From Phoronis australis (taxonomy: Eukaryota; Animalia; Phoronida): DNA of 64,000 nucleotides. Of this stretch, positions 26,228 through 36,967 are shown one piece after another (the stretch's first letter is position 1; each line of letters opens with the position of its first letter). The stretch lies in contig NMRA01000287.1 of assembly GCA_002633005.1 (NCBI GenBank), positions 62,001 to 126,000 on the forward strand. Reading direction: 5' to 3'. A model generated the notes under the pieces. The model saw only the letters and a program-made list of their open reading frames with translations. It did not search any database and was not told the origin of the DNA. Made by a program: the position numbers and the translations under genes.

Positions 26228-26251
26228 CAAAGATACTATATAAAATCTTTG
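26228..26251. mobile_element. 24-bp P-element-like remnant with 7-bp target duplication
   Basis: CTATTGC|CAAAGATACTATATAAAATCTTTG|CTATTGC; single CTATTGC in the other copy (20927-20933). Confidence 0.8.
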
Positions 26252-28155
26252 CTATTGCTAGAAAGAGTGACACCTACTGGTACAGTACTCGTTATTAGCA
26301 GCAGGATCGTACTTTTAGAGCGTTCGGGTTAGGCCTACAACTGGGCTTAGGGTAATGGTTAAGCACAGCCGCGCATGAGACTTCTGAAATTGTCTCACAA
26401 ACTGTCACTGCTAAGTTTCTATGGTAACCATTAAGACGAGCATTATAGATGCTAGTTTAGTAGCTTTATGTGTTATTGGTTAGAATACCGAAGTTGCACG
26501 TGCGGGTGTATATACTGGACTTGTTTCCACGTTTAACTATGTGAGTGTAAACTTTATGAGAATGTAATCTAAACTATTCATCTTGCGGATGGGGAACGTT
26601 TCACTCTCATTCCTTCCACAATAACATAACAAACAATGAGATTCGAAGTAAACGTTATACATAAGCCACGATTTTGCGTCATGAAGAATTTCACATCAAC
26701 AGCTATAAAGAATATAGAGGGGAGAAATGGTAAAAATGATTGGAACAGGGGCGCAATCTCCCACCAGTTTCTACGACCCTTGACTGAATTCATATACAGT
26801 ACAGCTTACATTGGAGAGACAGCAGAATGTCTGTTGGTTTATTCAGCTGCCCGAGTTGAGTTGGAACAGTTTCCGACTATATATTATAATCAGCTTGCTC
26901 GCGAACGCTGGCTAGGTTCCCGCATATCTCAACATGTTCAATATGGAAGACTCAAATAACAAAGACAAATTTAGCACTCACTTTCTGGAACTGATAGGCT
27001 CAGCGGGTGAGAACTGTTGGCCTGCTGAAACGATTATTACTGGAATTAACGTATCAAATATCACAAACCTGCTCGCCCGTGCAGGCCAGAGAGCTATTGT
27101 CAGTAAATCGACACTTAGAGAGAGTGACTACCGTCCTTAGGTGGCCCCAGTAGAGACGGTGAAGCTCCAATACGCCTTAAGCTTTTCGTCGAATTATGCC
27201 TAATTAAAACATAAAAGTCACGTTAATATAAGTACCTTTTTCGCAAAAAGGGGTACCTTAGGAGGCCGTCGATGTCTTTAAGTCATTCCAACTCGAACAA
27301 ATACTGCAGTAATAAAACCTTTCCTTCGAACAGTCCTTCGTTCAGTTGCCCAAATCGGCAACTGGCCATTCTTTACAATGAGCGCGCTCTTATTTTCAAC
27401 GGGTTCGCCAGGATCCAGCCGTGGCCAGCTAGAGGCGGTGGTCTGTCTAATCGACTTTCAAACCCAGCGCCATAGTCCACCACAGAGTGGCAAAACAAGA
27501 AAATCTCCAAAATGCATGTCTTAACCACTTACCTGAAGACCCACTACCGATGCTGTATCTAATTAGGAACACGGATCCAGGAACACTTCCTCAGAACAGG
27601 TGAAACTGATTTACTACGCTACCACACCGACCCTTGTACGTTTGAATTCTCTCAGAGTGACCGCACCTTCAACACAACGGGTTAATGTCGGTCCAGGAAC
27701 CACAGAATGTTAGAGAAACGAGGATGGTAGCACTAAGTTCCATACAATTTAAAAACAGGTTAGGCGGGTGGTTTGAGGAGTGTGTTGAAAAGAATTGCCG
27801 ATAAACTGATTTACTTGTGTTTTTGAATGAGAAAAGCCTAGTTTTTTAGCCTTGACCTACTTTCGATGCAAAATGGTGGCTGTCATTTGCTTTCAACCCC
27901 TGCCGCTTGCGGAGAAACCGCCGGGTGCGATTTCAGGTGTCTGTCAAACAGATCAAAATTGCCAAAAAAGTAGCTGGTTGTTTGTTTCGGATTTGCATGG
28001 GTTTATGTATCTAAACTGATTCATAGATGTTTTTGACAATAGGAAGACGGTATAATGCTTCAATGAACTTAGTTGCAGGCTGAAGTTGGAAAAATCTGTA
28101 TCATCCGTTCTCCAAATAACTAAGTGCCGCCTTACACTAGTTATCGGAAGAGTGC

Positions 28156-28187
28156 CGTGTGTTTGTGTGTTTGTTTGTTTGTTTGTT

Positions 28188-28239
<52 letters not shown>

Positions 28240-28246
28240 CGTGTGC
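28156..28246. repeat. Compound (GTTT)n/(GT)n microsatellite
   Basis: Direct reading; a shorter allele lies at ~24901-24956. Confidence 0.95.
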
Positions 28247-28629
28247 TTGTGTTAAGACATGGTTAATTCTCGACGACGACTTCCAGCTTATGAAGCCTAT
28301 GTCAAAATTTGCTTTCAGAGAGTCTGATTGCATAAGACGTATTCTGTATAACAACAAAGCCATCTCACTATCGCTCTAACTTGGGATTGTTCAACAAAGC
28401 TGTTGACGTCACGCAACAAACTTCCTGTGGATAAGATAATTAAGAGTATTATGAGACCCTGCCCAGATGTGGAAATGTAATCGGCAATCTCAATGCACTG
28501 TTTCTTAGTTTGTAGTAGTCGCATGCGAACGGTGCGTTTGGAGTGAAAACTGCAGAATTTGGGAATTTTGGCTCGCATTTAAGTCGGCCGCGGGTTGCAT
28601 TTGTGCCGAAGTCTTAAAAGTTGGGAAAT

Positions 28630-28785
28630 CAGGGGCGGATCCAGGATTTTTTTAGGGGGGCAGGGCATAGTATTAACCAAGATTTTGCTCGTCAGACATT
28701 CGCAACCCCAAATTGCCAAATGGATTCTGGTAGAGTTTTAGGGGAGCCATGGCCCCCTTGGCCCCCCCTTCTAAATCCGCCACAG
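28630..28785. mobile_element. MITE with CAGGGGCGGAT termini and 5-bp TSD
   Basis: GAAAT|caggggcggatccag...ctaaatccgccacag|GAAAT. Confidence 0.8.
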
Positions 28786-29701
28786 GAAATTCCCTTTAGA
28801 ATTAGCTTGATGGGACTTTGAGCATGCTTTTTATACTCATTTGACCAGCATTTTGTTTATAGTTTCAGGTTTTGTACACTTCGTGGACGGGAAACCCCAA
28901 ATCGGCAAAATTGTTGAGAGCAAGCGCCACGCGAATCCTGCTTCCTGGACCACTTCAAATGGTCATTTCACTATGAATGATGACGTAAACACAGTCTGTC
29001 AGGAGCATTTGCTGCGTCTTGCAAAATTTACCAGGATAAAAACACGGCGCGCTGCTGACTCGCATGTCTTTTGTACCGTGCTGGGCGGTCAGTGTGGGCC
29101 TATAATAGTGATTGAGTGCATAAACCGCTGTGTGTTGTGAGTTTTCTACCTTGTTTAGCGGTCCGTCAGTGAGCCGTGTTGGCCGCTGAACAAAAGTTCT
29201 TCAGGTGCGAAGTTGTGTTAGTACAAAGGACCAGCGTTATGTGTATGGATACTGTGTTGATCGGGTAGCCTCCTGAATGAATCATTCATCATGTGTCCAT
29301 CATTTTGACCCATTTCAGTGGAGCTGAAGTGGAGCGTGTTCCGTGGAGACGAGATGTGAAGCGTGTGATCTCAGTAGCGACCTACCTTGGGCTACTGTGT
29401 ACGCAGCTACACCACGAGGTATGCAAAACCAAAAAAAGGAAGCGTAGCCGAAGCCAAAGACTTCACGAACCTTGCACAAAGTTCAATAAAACCGATTCCA
29501 TAGTGACTTTTACTATTACCGTATGATTTTGTTCTTGTTTTGTTTACTTTTGGTGTTTTTACTCAATATTATGTTCTCCTTAAGCAAGTAATTGTTTTAT
29601 AGTTAAAAGCCTGAATATAATGATACGCTTTCTGTGCAAAATATTTTTATACCACAATATTAGCGTCAAATGGCAAACACAACCGTTTAATAACCCATTT
29701 A

Positions 29702-29808
29702 GTTATCTCACTAGTGAGATAACATTTTGTCGGGAAACCGAGGCTGGATTCGAACCCGGGACTCAAGGGTTTCGTGTCGCCGACTTTACCACTACACCAC
29801 TCAGAGGC
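29702..29808 (-). mobile_element. tRNA-derived element (SINE head or tRNA pseudogene)
   Basis: A box TGGTGTAGTGG and B box GGTTCGAATCC, but acceptor and anticodon stems do not pair; followed by a 22-bp perfect palindrome. Confidence 0.6.
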
Positions 29809-29852
29809 TGACGTCATCGAACGTGGAAATGGACTACTCAGTTAAATGAGCC

Positions 29853-30070
29853 TCGCTGGTTCCCTGCGTGCTTAGCCCAGGCAGCACGCAGGTATTACGC
29901 AGTGGCGCACGCGCTTTAGCATTGGTCGACGTAATTGGTTAGCTTTACAACACCGTGAAAAAATGGCGGACTGTTAGCCTTGTCATGCAAGCGGCGTCGC
30001 AGCAAATGTTTCGTTTCTGCAGTGATGTTTAATAGCCGCGTGCTTGAAGCACATACATGTACAATAAACA
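29853..30070 (-). mobile_element. Partial copy of the MITE at 59958-60532
   Basis: ctcgctggttccctgcgtg...gcacgcgcttta...ggcggactg...gccgcgtgcttgaagcacata matches the reverse complement of ~60310-60531. Confidence 0.7.
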
Positions 30071-30402
30071 CATATCTGGCCGATTTAACAGGTCAGTGTT
30101 TAGGAACAATGACTAGTGTAATACGTAAGGTTTCTTGATTACTTAGTCAAGAAATCGCTGATTGTATGGAACCGTACCTGAAGAATCTCCCTTGATGAGT
30201 AATAATAACAAAAGGAAAATAAGCATGCAGCTGGAAATTCTCGGTGCAAACTCTCGCCGCTAATCTCGGAGTTGCAAGCTCTAATAACAGAATACATAGC
30301 TCACGTGCTGGAGTTGGCAATCCAGGGCTAGAGTTGTGTGGTACGGAGAACCAATAAAAACAAAGACATCCAAATTCACAGTAGGTGCCGACCTTGCCCA
30401 CA

Positions 30403-30464
30403 GCCTCGTCCCCAAGCCTCAAGATGGCGCTGAAGGGCGTCATCTTGAGGCTGGGGAACGAGGC
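30403..30464. repeat. 62-bp GC-rich hairpin (miniature inverted-repeat element)
   Basis: gcctcgtccccaagcctcaagatggcgc-tgaagg-gcgtcatcttgaggctggggaacgaggc, ~28-bp stem. Confidence 0.75.
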
Positions 30465-30929
30465 GCAGAGGCTGACGTTGTCCACTTTGTCTCAATCTGG
30501 TTCCCAGTTCTCACACGTCTGAGATAGCGTTTGAGGCAATCTAGAGGGTCTGTACAGGAGACAAAGTGTGTGAGAGAGTTGCCTGAATTTCCTGCAGAAT
30601 CATTGGCGGATCTACGATGCCGTAATGGGTGCCACCTCACAATTTGTGTATGAAAATGTCCTCGAGCACCCCCATTTTTAGGCTGGGTGCGCGTTTGGAT
30701 ATGTACTTAACTAGAAGCTGCGAGCTCAGCGATATTACGCTGACTTCAAAAACTTTGAAGTTTAATACTATTCAATGAATTCTTGAAGGAAGTAGTAATT
30801 TTGAAGATTAAATTATAACTTTCAGACTTCCACTTTTCAGAATTTACCCGGCGATATGCTAGTAACGAAGTGAATAGTCAACGTTGGAATGGAGAGTTCT
30901 CTAACTAAACTGCAGGGGGTGCTCTTATA

Positions 30930-31105
30930 CGCTGTGAAATGTAACAATTTTGTAAAATGTAACAACTGTTACATTTTACAAAGTTGTCACAGTTTACGTT
31001 GCAAGGGCTCTCCTAAAATGTAACTAGTTGTTATATTTTACGTAATTGTTACATTTTATGTCGAATGCACATGCGAGAAATCTACCATTGTTATATTTTA
31101 CGAAA
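30930..31105. repeat. Foldback-type short direct and inverted repeats (aaaatgtaac/gttacatttt)
   Basis: The motif recurs in both orientations. Confidence 0.6.
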
Positions 31106-31431
31106 CCATCACGAACAAGTGGTTTCTGACACGGCCGGGGATGCTTAAGTATTTTGTACAAGTGTTGCCGCCCGAGAATTTGGATACCTACCCATTTAGA
31201 GAGTGTGCTAGGACAAATAAGTGACCCATTTAAAGAGTAATTTTGTGTTAAACTTCACATTTTTGCACAGTTCTGTTCCAGAAATTCAGAAAAAGCACCC
31301 TTTTAGATAGCATTTTGTCGAAAATGGCACCATTTCGAATTATATTGTTTGTTGTAAAAACACCCTTTTTGCAGTATTTTTGTATACATCCTCTATAGGA
31401 ATACCCCGAGCTGACACGGCATGGATTTGGC

Positions 31432-31514
31432 TACCATTATCATTATCATTATTACTATTACTATTACTGTTATCATTATCAGTTCCAGTACCATTGTCAT
31501 TATCATTATCATTA
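31432..31514. repeat. Degenerate (TCATTA)n microsatellite
   Basis: Direct reading. Confidence 0.9.
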
Positions 31515-31869
31515 ACAGTATTGCGTTTATTTAACGAAAACATACACAATGCATGCTTAGCTAAGTGCTAATACATCACGGTCCTCAAAAATTTTAAAAT
31601 CATCTAATATTTGGCTCAACGTTTTCACCGGGCTTCCTAAAATGGATAGCGAGTGTAGTTTCAAAAGGGTTTTAAAACTGTTAAAGGATGTTGTGAGAAA
31701 CGCCTTGACAGCTGTGCATCCAGATACTTTTTGGAAACGTCGGCAAGCAGTTGGCCTCGAAAGACTGAATTCAACCGCGGTACGTTTTGTATTTATTCCA
31801 TACGCTTCGAATTCTTAAATTTCTTATATTTTTTCGGCAGATTTTTAAATATTTCACACAGACTGTTCA

Positions 31870-32882
31870 CGTGGCGGTGGTGGTAATAAACTTTATTTAC
31901 TGAGGACGAAGTACAATTGACATTAAAAACATGCTTCAGCTAAAGGCATGGTCTTCTCACAGCAATAATAAATCAAATAAAACAAGATTGATCAATAGAT
32001 AAAATTAAGTTACATTTAATTAAAATAAATGTTTTACAAATTGAATTTACAAACTGAATTAAAAATAAATAAATTGATTAAATAAATTAAATAAAAACTT
32101 TAAAACTTTCATATGGTATCTACAATTGCTACAATGAAGGGACGAAGGGAGAGACAAAATGAGCTATGATGACCACGTCCAAAGGTAACTGATGAGTTTG
32201 TGTCTGACGTCATCACAACCATCAGCCTCCTTTAGACTATATGGCACGTCGTTAAACTGTTGAATGGCCTGAATCAAAGGGACTTATTGTAAAACGACGT
32301 TCTCTGTCTAGACACAACAAAATTGAGGAAGAAAATCTTGTCCTAACTTGGTGGCTATTTCGAACAAGTAATAGGCTACGAGATAAATAAGTTGGTACTG
32401 ATTATTGTGAAAACACTTATGGATCAGGCACAAACTTCTATAATTATATAAAATATTCGTCAACAGGGAGCCACCCCAGTCTGTTAAACATAGGAGTTGA
32501 TGGAGTGTCAAAAGGCACACCTAGAACAAGTCTGGCCGCCTTCTTGTGAGCCTTCAATAGAGAGGAAACCAATTTTGCATTGCATCCTGACCACACCGTA
32601 CTACAATAAATGAAGAGAGGAAATACACAAGAGCTGAAATATTTCAAACGCGCTTCTTTGGGAAGAATGGTGATATACGCTGGAGAAGACCAAGACGTTG
32701 TCTAATTTTGGACACATTCCCACTAATAGGACTAGACCAGCTGCGGTTCTTGTAAACAGTGACACCAGTAACTTTTCACTGTCTACCTGTTTGAGTCGTA
32801 TACCCGAAATAGCCAGGTTAAGTTCAAGGTCACTTCTGCTGTGACGTTGCTCTGTGGCAATACTCATACATTTTGTTATCAA
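31870..32882 (-). mobile_element. 5'-truncated CR1/L2-group LINE (3' end of ORF2 plus 3' UTR)
   Basis: Frameshifted peptides LKQVDSEKLL and FIYCSTVWSG...HKKAARLVL...STPMFNRLGWLPV; ends in AATAAA followed by an (ACC)n tail. Confidence 0.8.
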
Positions 32883-35393
32883 CGCACCAGGGAGATCCAG
32901 TCGTCAAACGTCCACACTCGTGGTTTAACCAATCTTACCACAGAAATCAAGATGCCCATAACCCTGCTGTAACAATGAAATTGCGTTAGATTCTTCGACC
33001 CAAATAATCGAATCCCCAAAAAGCGTAAAGATTTATTAGTTCATTAGTTTGTGGTATTTTAGATGGGCAGTGTGAAAATAGAAAACCAGGCCAGTACAAC
33101 AATTTGCTAAAGTTCGAACACTGTGCGACACTGAGGGAAATTAAATAAAACTGAGCCTGAATGGAACAGGTCGCTCCCGACTCTGATGAGTCCGAAAGTA
33201 ATGAACCTTCTTGTGGAAACCCCCCACAAACCAGCATTCAGAGCTCCTTTACCATTTTAGCTAAACTTCAGACGCATGTGTACTACATGTGTTCATTTGC
33301 GACCTTTTTTGATTTTTTTGAACTCAACTAACCTAACTGCAAGTTGTTTGAACTGCTGCAGTTGATGTTCTGAATCGTGAACCATCAGCAGCAACTTGCC
33401 CGTTTTTTTGAATCTTACTCAAGAGATCATCCAAAACAACGAATGTTGTAACTAGATCAGTTGCTAAATACTTTCGCTATCACTTTTGATTAGGAACACT
33501 AGTTTCCTCAAGTTGCTGCATCACGTGATAATTTGGTTCACAGATCACAACAACTATGCTAACCCTTGCCTTGTCTGTGATACGCAAATCCGTTTCTAAC
33601 TTCAGCAAGAGTGACTTCAAAGTGAACCATTGGTTAAGGTCTCACATTTGCACGATATGACTGGAGAAATTTTGGTAAATAGAACTTCTGGGGAGTTTGG
33701 ATGTACGTTCTGAACAAAAAAGCACTTTTGAAATGTACCGAATGACCTTCAAGTGTACTGATTTGAAATAAAAGCACAGAAACGGAACGGATTGGGTTTG
33801 AAGCAGTTCTGGTCAAAGCCGATAAATTCAAGACGTCTATCCCGTACAAAAATAAATCTCAAAATTGCGTTTTTGGCCGTAAAATAAATAATGTCCGGTG
33901 GAAGGGACATCATCGGTTGAGGTAGAGTTCTTGAAATTGTTAACTATGGCCAGAGCTAAAAATAACAAAATCATTTGTTTTGTGAAATACGTACGCGTGT
34001 GCAGACAGAATGAAAAAAGACAACATTGAGATGGAAGGTTTCCCGAAGACCTTTGAGTTCGGATGACTGGGGTCTACTTAAAGCCAGCGTGCAAGATTTG
34101 GAGCTTATTTTTAGAATATTAGCGGTTCCAGAAAAGCAGTTAACAATTGGCGTGTTGACGTCAAAGGGTTCCTAATAACCCAAAGAGACTGCGTTAGCCT
34201 TGACAATGATAATTCCTCGAGGATCTACGTCATGGTTCTCTGCAACTAAAAAGAATTCAACCTGCTCATCGGTTTGTTTGTAAAGATTTTGAATTTCTGT
34301 TGATGTTAAACCATTTTTCTAGTAATTTCAAATATCAAAAAAACGATCTGTCTCAGTACTCGTCACTTCGTCGATTTTTCTTCCATAAGGCGAAACACGT
34401 CTCTTATTTGGTATGGCAAGACATAGACGTAGCCCTTATATGGAAAATGGGATCTGTGACGTTTGATGAAAAAAACAGTGGCGACTTCAAGGAGTAGCCA
34501 GTCCGATTAAGAGGCAATTGATGGAAGATCTAACTGATTAAAATTAGTTATAAAGGTATTGTAGTGTTCAAAATCGATCTAAAATGCACTTGCAATTACA
34601 CGTATCATTGGAAAATTGTTTGTTTCACTGGCTTGCCTTATACTGTGCTATCGTCCTCGGAATACGATCACGCATGATAATTTGTCGTTACTATCCATTT
34701 GTCTCAAGTGGGAGTAAGATTAGAAACTGTTGCCTGGAGAGTTTTTGTTACGCGTGTATTTCAAAAATCGTGAATTTTGTGGTTTTCTGGAATTTGCCTT
34801 ACAGGGGAAAGTGAATAACTCCGTAGTAGACGTTGTGAGATGGTAATTTCGTCAGAAATTATTTGAAATATATTTGGACGAGCTTCTGCGTTCAATGCCT
34901 CTTTAAACAAAAGGTACAAAATGCTCGAGATACTTTGCGTTATTCTAGGGCTTCACTTCCGCTTGATATTTTACAGAAACGTAAAATTTCGACAATTTAT
35001 GGCGGCTTATCTACATTTAATAGGGCACATTCCCTCTAATAGACATTGCCCTCGTTGATACGGTTGTCTTCTGCGCTACAGCATAACTACATCATGGCTT
35101 GCGCCGCAATTTTTATTGATGTTTTGTAAATATACGGCTCATTATTAAGCATAATGGCCATTCGATGTTTACGTTTATCATATATGGCTCCTGGGACACT
35201 TTTGAATGTTTGTAACGTTGAACAAGGAGTGCAGTTCGACGAGATCAGGCATGCATTCCGTAGGCGCGAGAAGTTCCCCGAAAATGCAAGACCACGCAAG
35301 ACTTGATAGATATCGCCACTCACTGTAAGCTATGCACGTGGCCACGTGACTACACTAAATTTACTGACAAAATTCTTGCGTCAGGATTGAACT

Positions 35394-35661
35394 TATCGTT
35401 GACCAAATGTATGAATGACTACGCCTTTAAATTACGTGCATAACTTAATTCTTATTAGAGTCGTATTTAGATGCATAAAGTAATTATTTGTGCGCACAGT
35501 AATTATTTGTGGCGTAAAGCGATTGCGCCACAAATAATTACTTTACGCCTCACATAATTACTTTGCGGCATAGATAATTACTTTACGCCGCAAATGATTA
35601 CTTTACGCCTCTTTGCGTACATAATTTAACGGCGTAACGTTCACCCATTTGGCCAACGATA
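35394..35661. mobile_element. Foldback MITE with ~45-bp TIRs and internal ~21-bp repeats in both orientations
   Basis: tatcgttgaccaaatg...tacgcctttaaatta vs taatttaacggcgta...catttggccaacgata; internal taattactttacgcc repeats; possible TA TSD. Confidence 0.7.
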
Positions 35662-36094
35662 TGAACAGCACAACTTCAGACCTTTGGACGCACTGCAGTC
35701 ACCGTGGACACGCAGGTATACCATAACAGTTTATCTGTACCTCGCGTAACTTGTATTTCAAAAATTATACTAGTAAGAAGATATTTTATAAAGTTTGACA
35801 CAAAGTAGTCAATATTGTGGCAGAATGGTCCCCCGTTGTAAATATTACTCACTTACCTCGTCATTAGTAAACCCAGCTTGTAACCAGTGACCAATTGTTT
35901 TCCAACAGTCATCAATGGTATCAACCGAGATAACCTGTATTTTTGAGACTGAAGCGAATGCTAAAGGGACCATATCATCTCTCTCAGCTTTGATACCGTT
36001 TTATATCAATTAACAGTCCTATCTTATATAAAAAATTAATGGTAACCAAGTTAACACATTTTACAAATTATAATATTTTACCATAACTTCTTGA

Positions 36095-36297
36095 TGAAAG
36101 CATTGTAGTTCCAGTTGAGGTAATAAAATACAGTCAAATACTGGAAGTTGCTTACTTGAGTTAGCGACGTTGCGTCCGTCTCTCACGGATTTCAGCTTGG
36201 CTAGTGGTGTTACTATAGTTCCGGCCAGTAGGTAACGTTTTAACCAGACGACGCGATATCGAGGTCAGGACACTATCTCATATGAAATCTTGATCCA
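36095..36297 (-). mobile_element. Penelope-like element 3' end/pseudo-LTR (inverted copy)
   Basis: Aligns with 39155-39382 (gatagtgtcctgacctcgat...ggttaaaacgttaccta...caacgtcgctaactcaa). Confidence 0.75.
36163..36197 (-). ncRNA. Hammerhead-like motif with non-canonical core in a Penelope pseudo-LTR
   Basis: AGCTGAAA-TCCGT-GAGAG-ACGGA-CGCAACGTCGCT, at the position where PLEs carry minimal hammerheads. Confidence 0.4.
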
Positions 36298-36699
36298 TTT
36301 TGTTATTCAGAGAGGGGCGCTCGATGCGCCCCTTTGACCCCCCATCAACAGCAGTCAGGCGTCCACCACTGAGAACTGTGAATCCCCTTAATCGTGTTGT
36401 GATTCTCTACGTTCAGGGACTGTCTGACTTCAAGAGGACATTTAAACAGTTTCATATTTCTATCATCCACGTTTAATTATCTGTGCGGCCAACAGGTTAA
36501 TGTCAAGGACAAGGCTCCTAAGCGTAATAATACCTGTAATACCTATCATGGACAGGATTATTGGGGATATGCAGGTGCATTAATCCCCTCCCCAGACCCT
36601 CCCCGTGACAGCGGAAGACGCAGTAACTGCAGCCGGGGCTGACGTTGCCTGTCAACATCTGATTTGACACCACTCGGGCACGTCAGTAATGAATCACTT

Positions 36700-36967
36700 G
36701 TAGTCTATGGTGTTCAGCACAAGGACCCCCAGTGTTCACACAGCTATGTAATAGACAGTCCTTACTGAAAAATGCACATGTCACAACATTGGCGCCCTGA
36801 GGGCGGGGACACGTATGACTCGACTATTTGTAGTCACTCATGCGCCACTGGACATGATTGTTGATACTGATGATGTCACTATCTTAGACTGTGAGAAAGA
36901 TTGGTTCAGAAAGTGTGTCAAAGCTCTCCATGAGCACACCGAGTGCCCCTCTCGGAATAAACAAGGT
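36700..36967 (+). mobile_element. Penelope-like GIY-YIG endonuclease pseudogene fragment
   Basis: With frameshifts: VVYGVQHKDPQCSHSYV...MSQHWR...STICSHSCATGH..VDTDDVTILDCEKDWFRKCVKAL...PSRNKQG. Confidence 0.85.

Larger units (their letters stand above)
19876..28484. repeat. Near-identical duplicated segment (19876-25174 vs 25176-28484), probably uncollapsed haplotypes
   Basis: Single N at 25175; matching ORF-track peptides in both copies; the first copy has ~2.08 kb extra. Confidence 0.85.

Noticed and set aside
29730-29808. Functional tRNA gene
   Set aside because: A and B boxes are present but the acceptor and anticodon stems do not form
33183-33207. CTGATGAGTCCGAAAG resembling a hammerhead ribozyme 5' half
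   Set aside because: The following bases (TAATGAACC) cannot close stem II or supply GAAA; chance match or fully decayed
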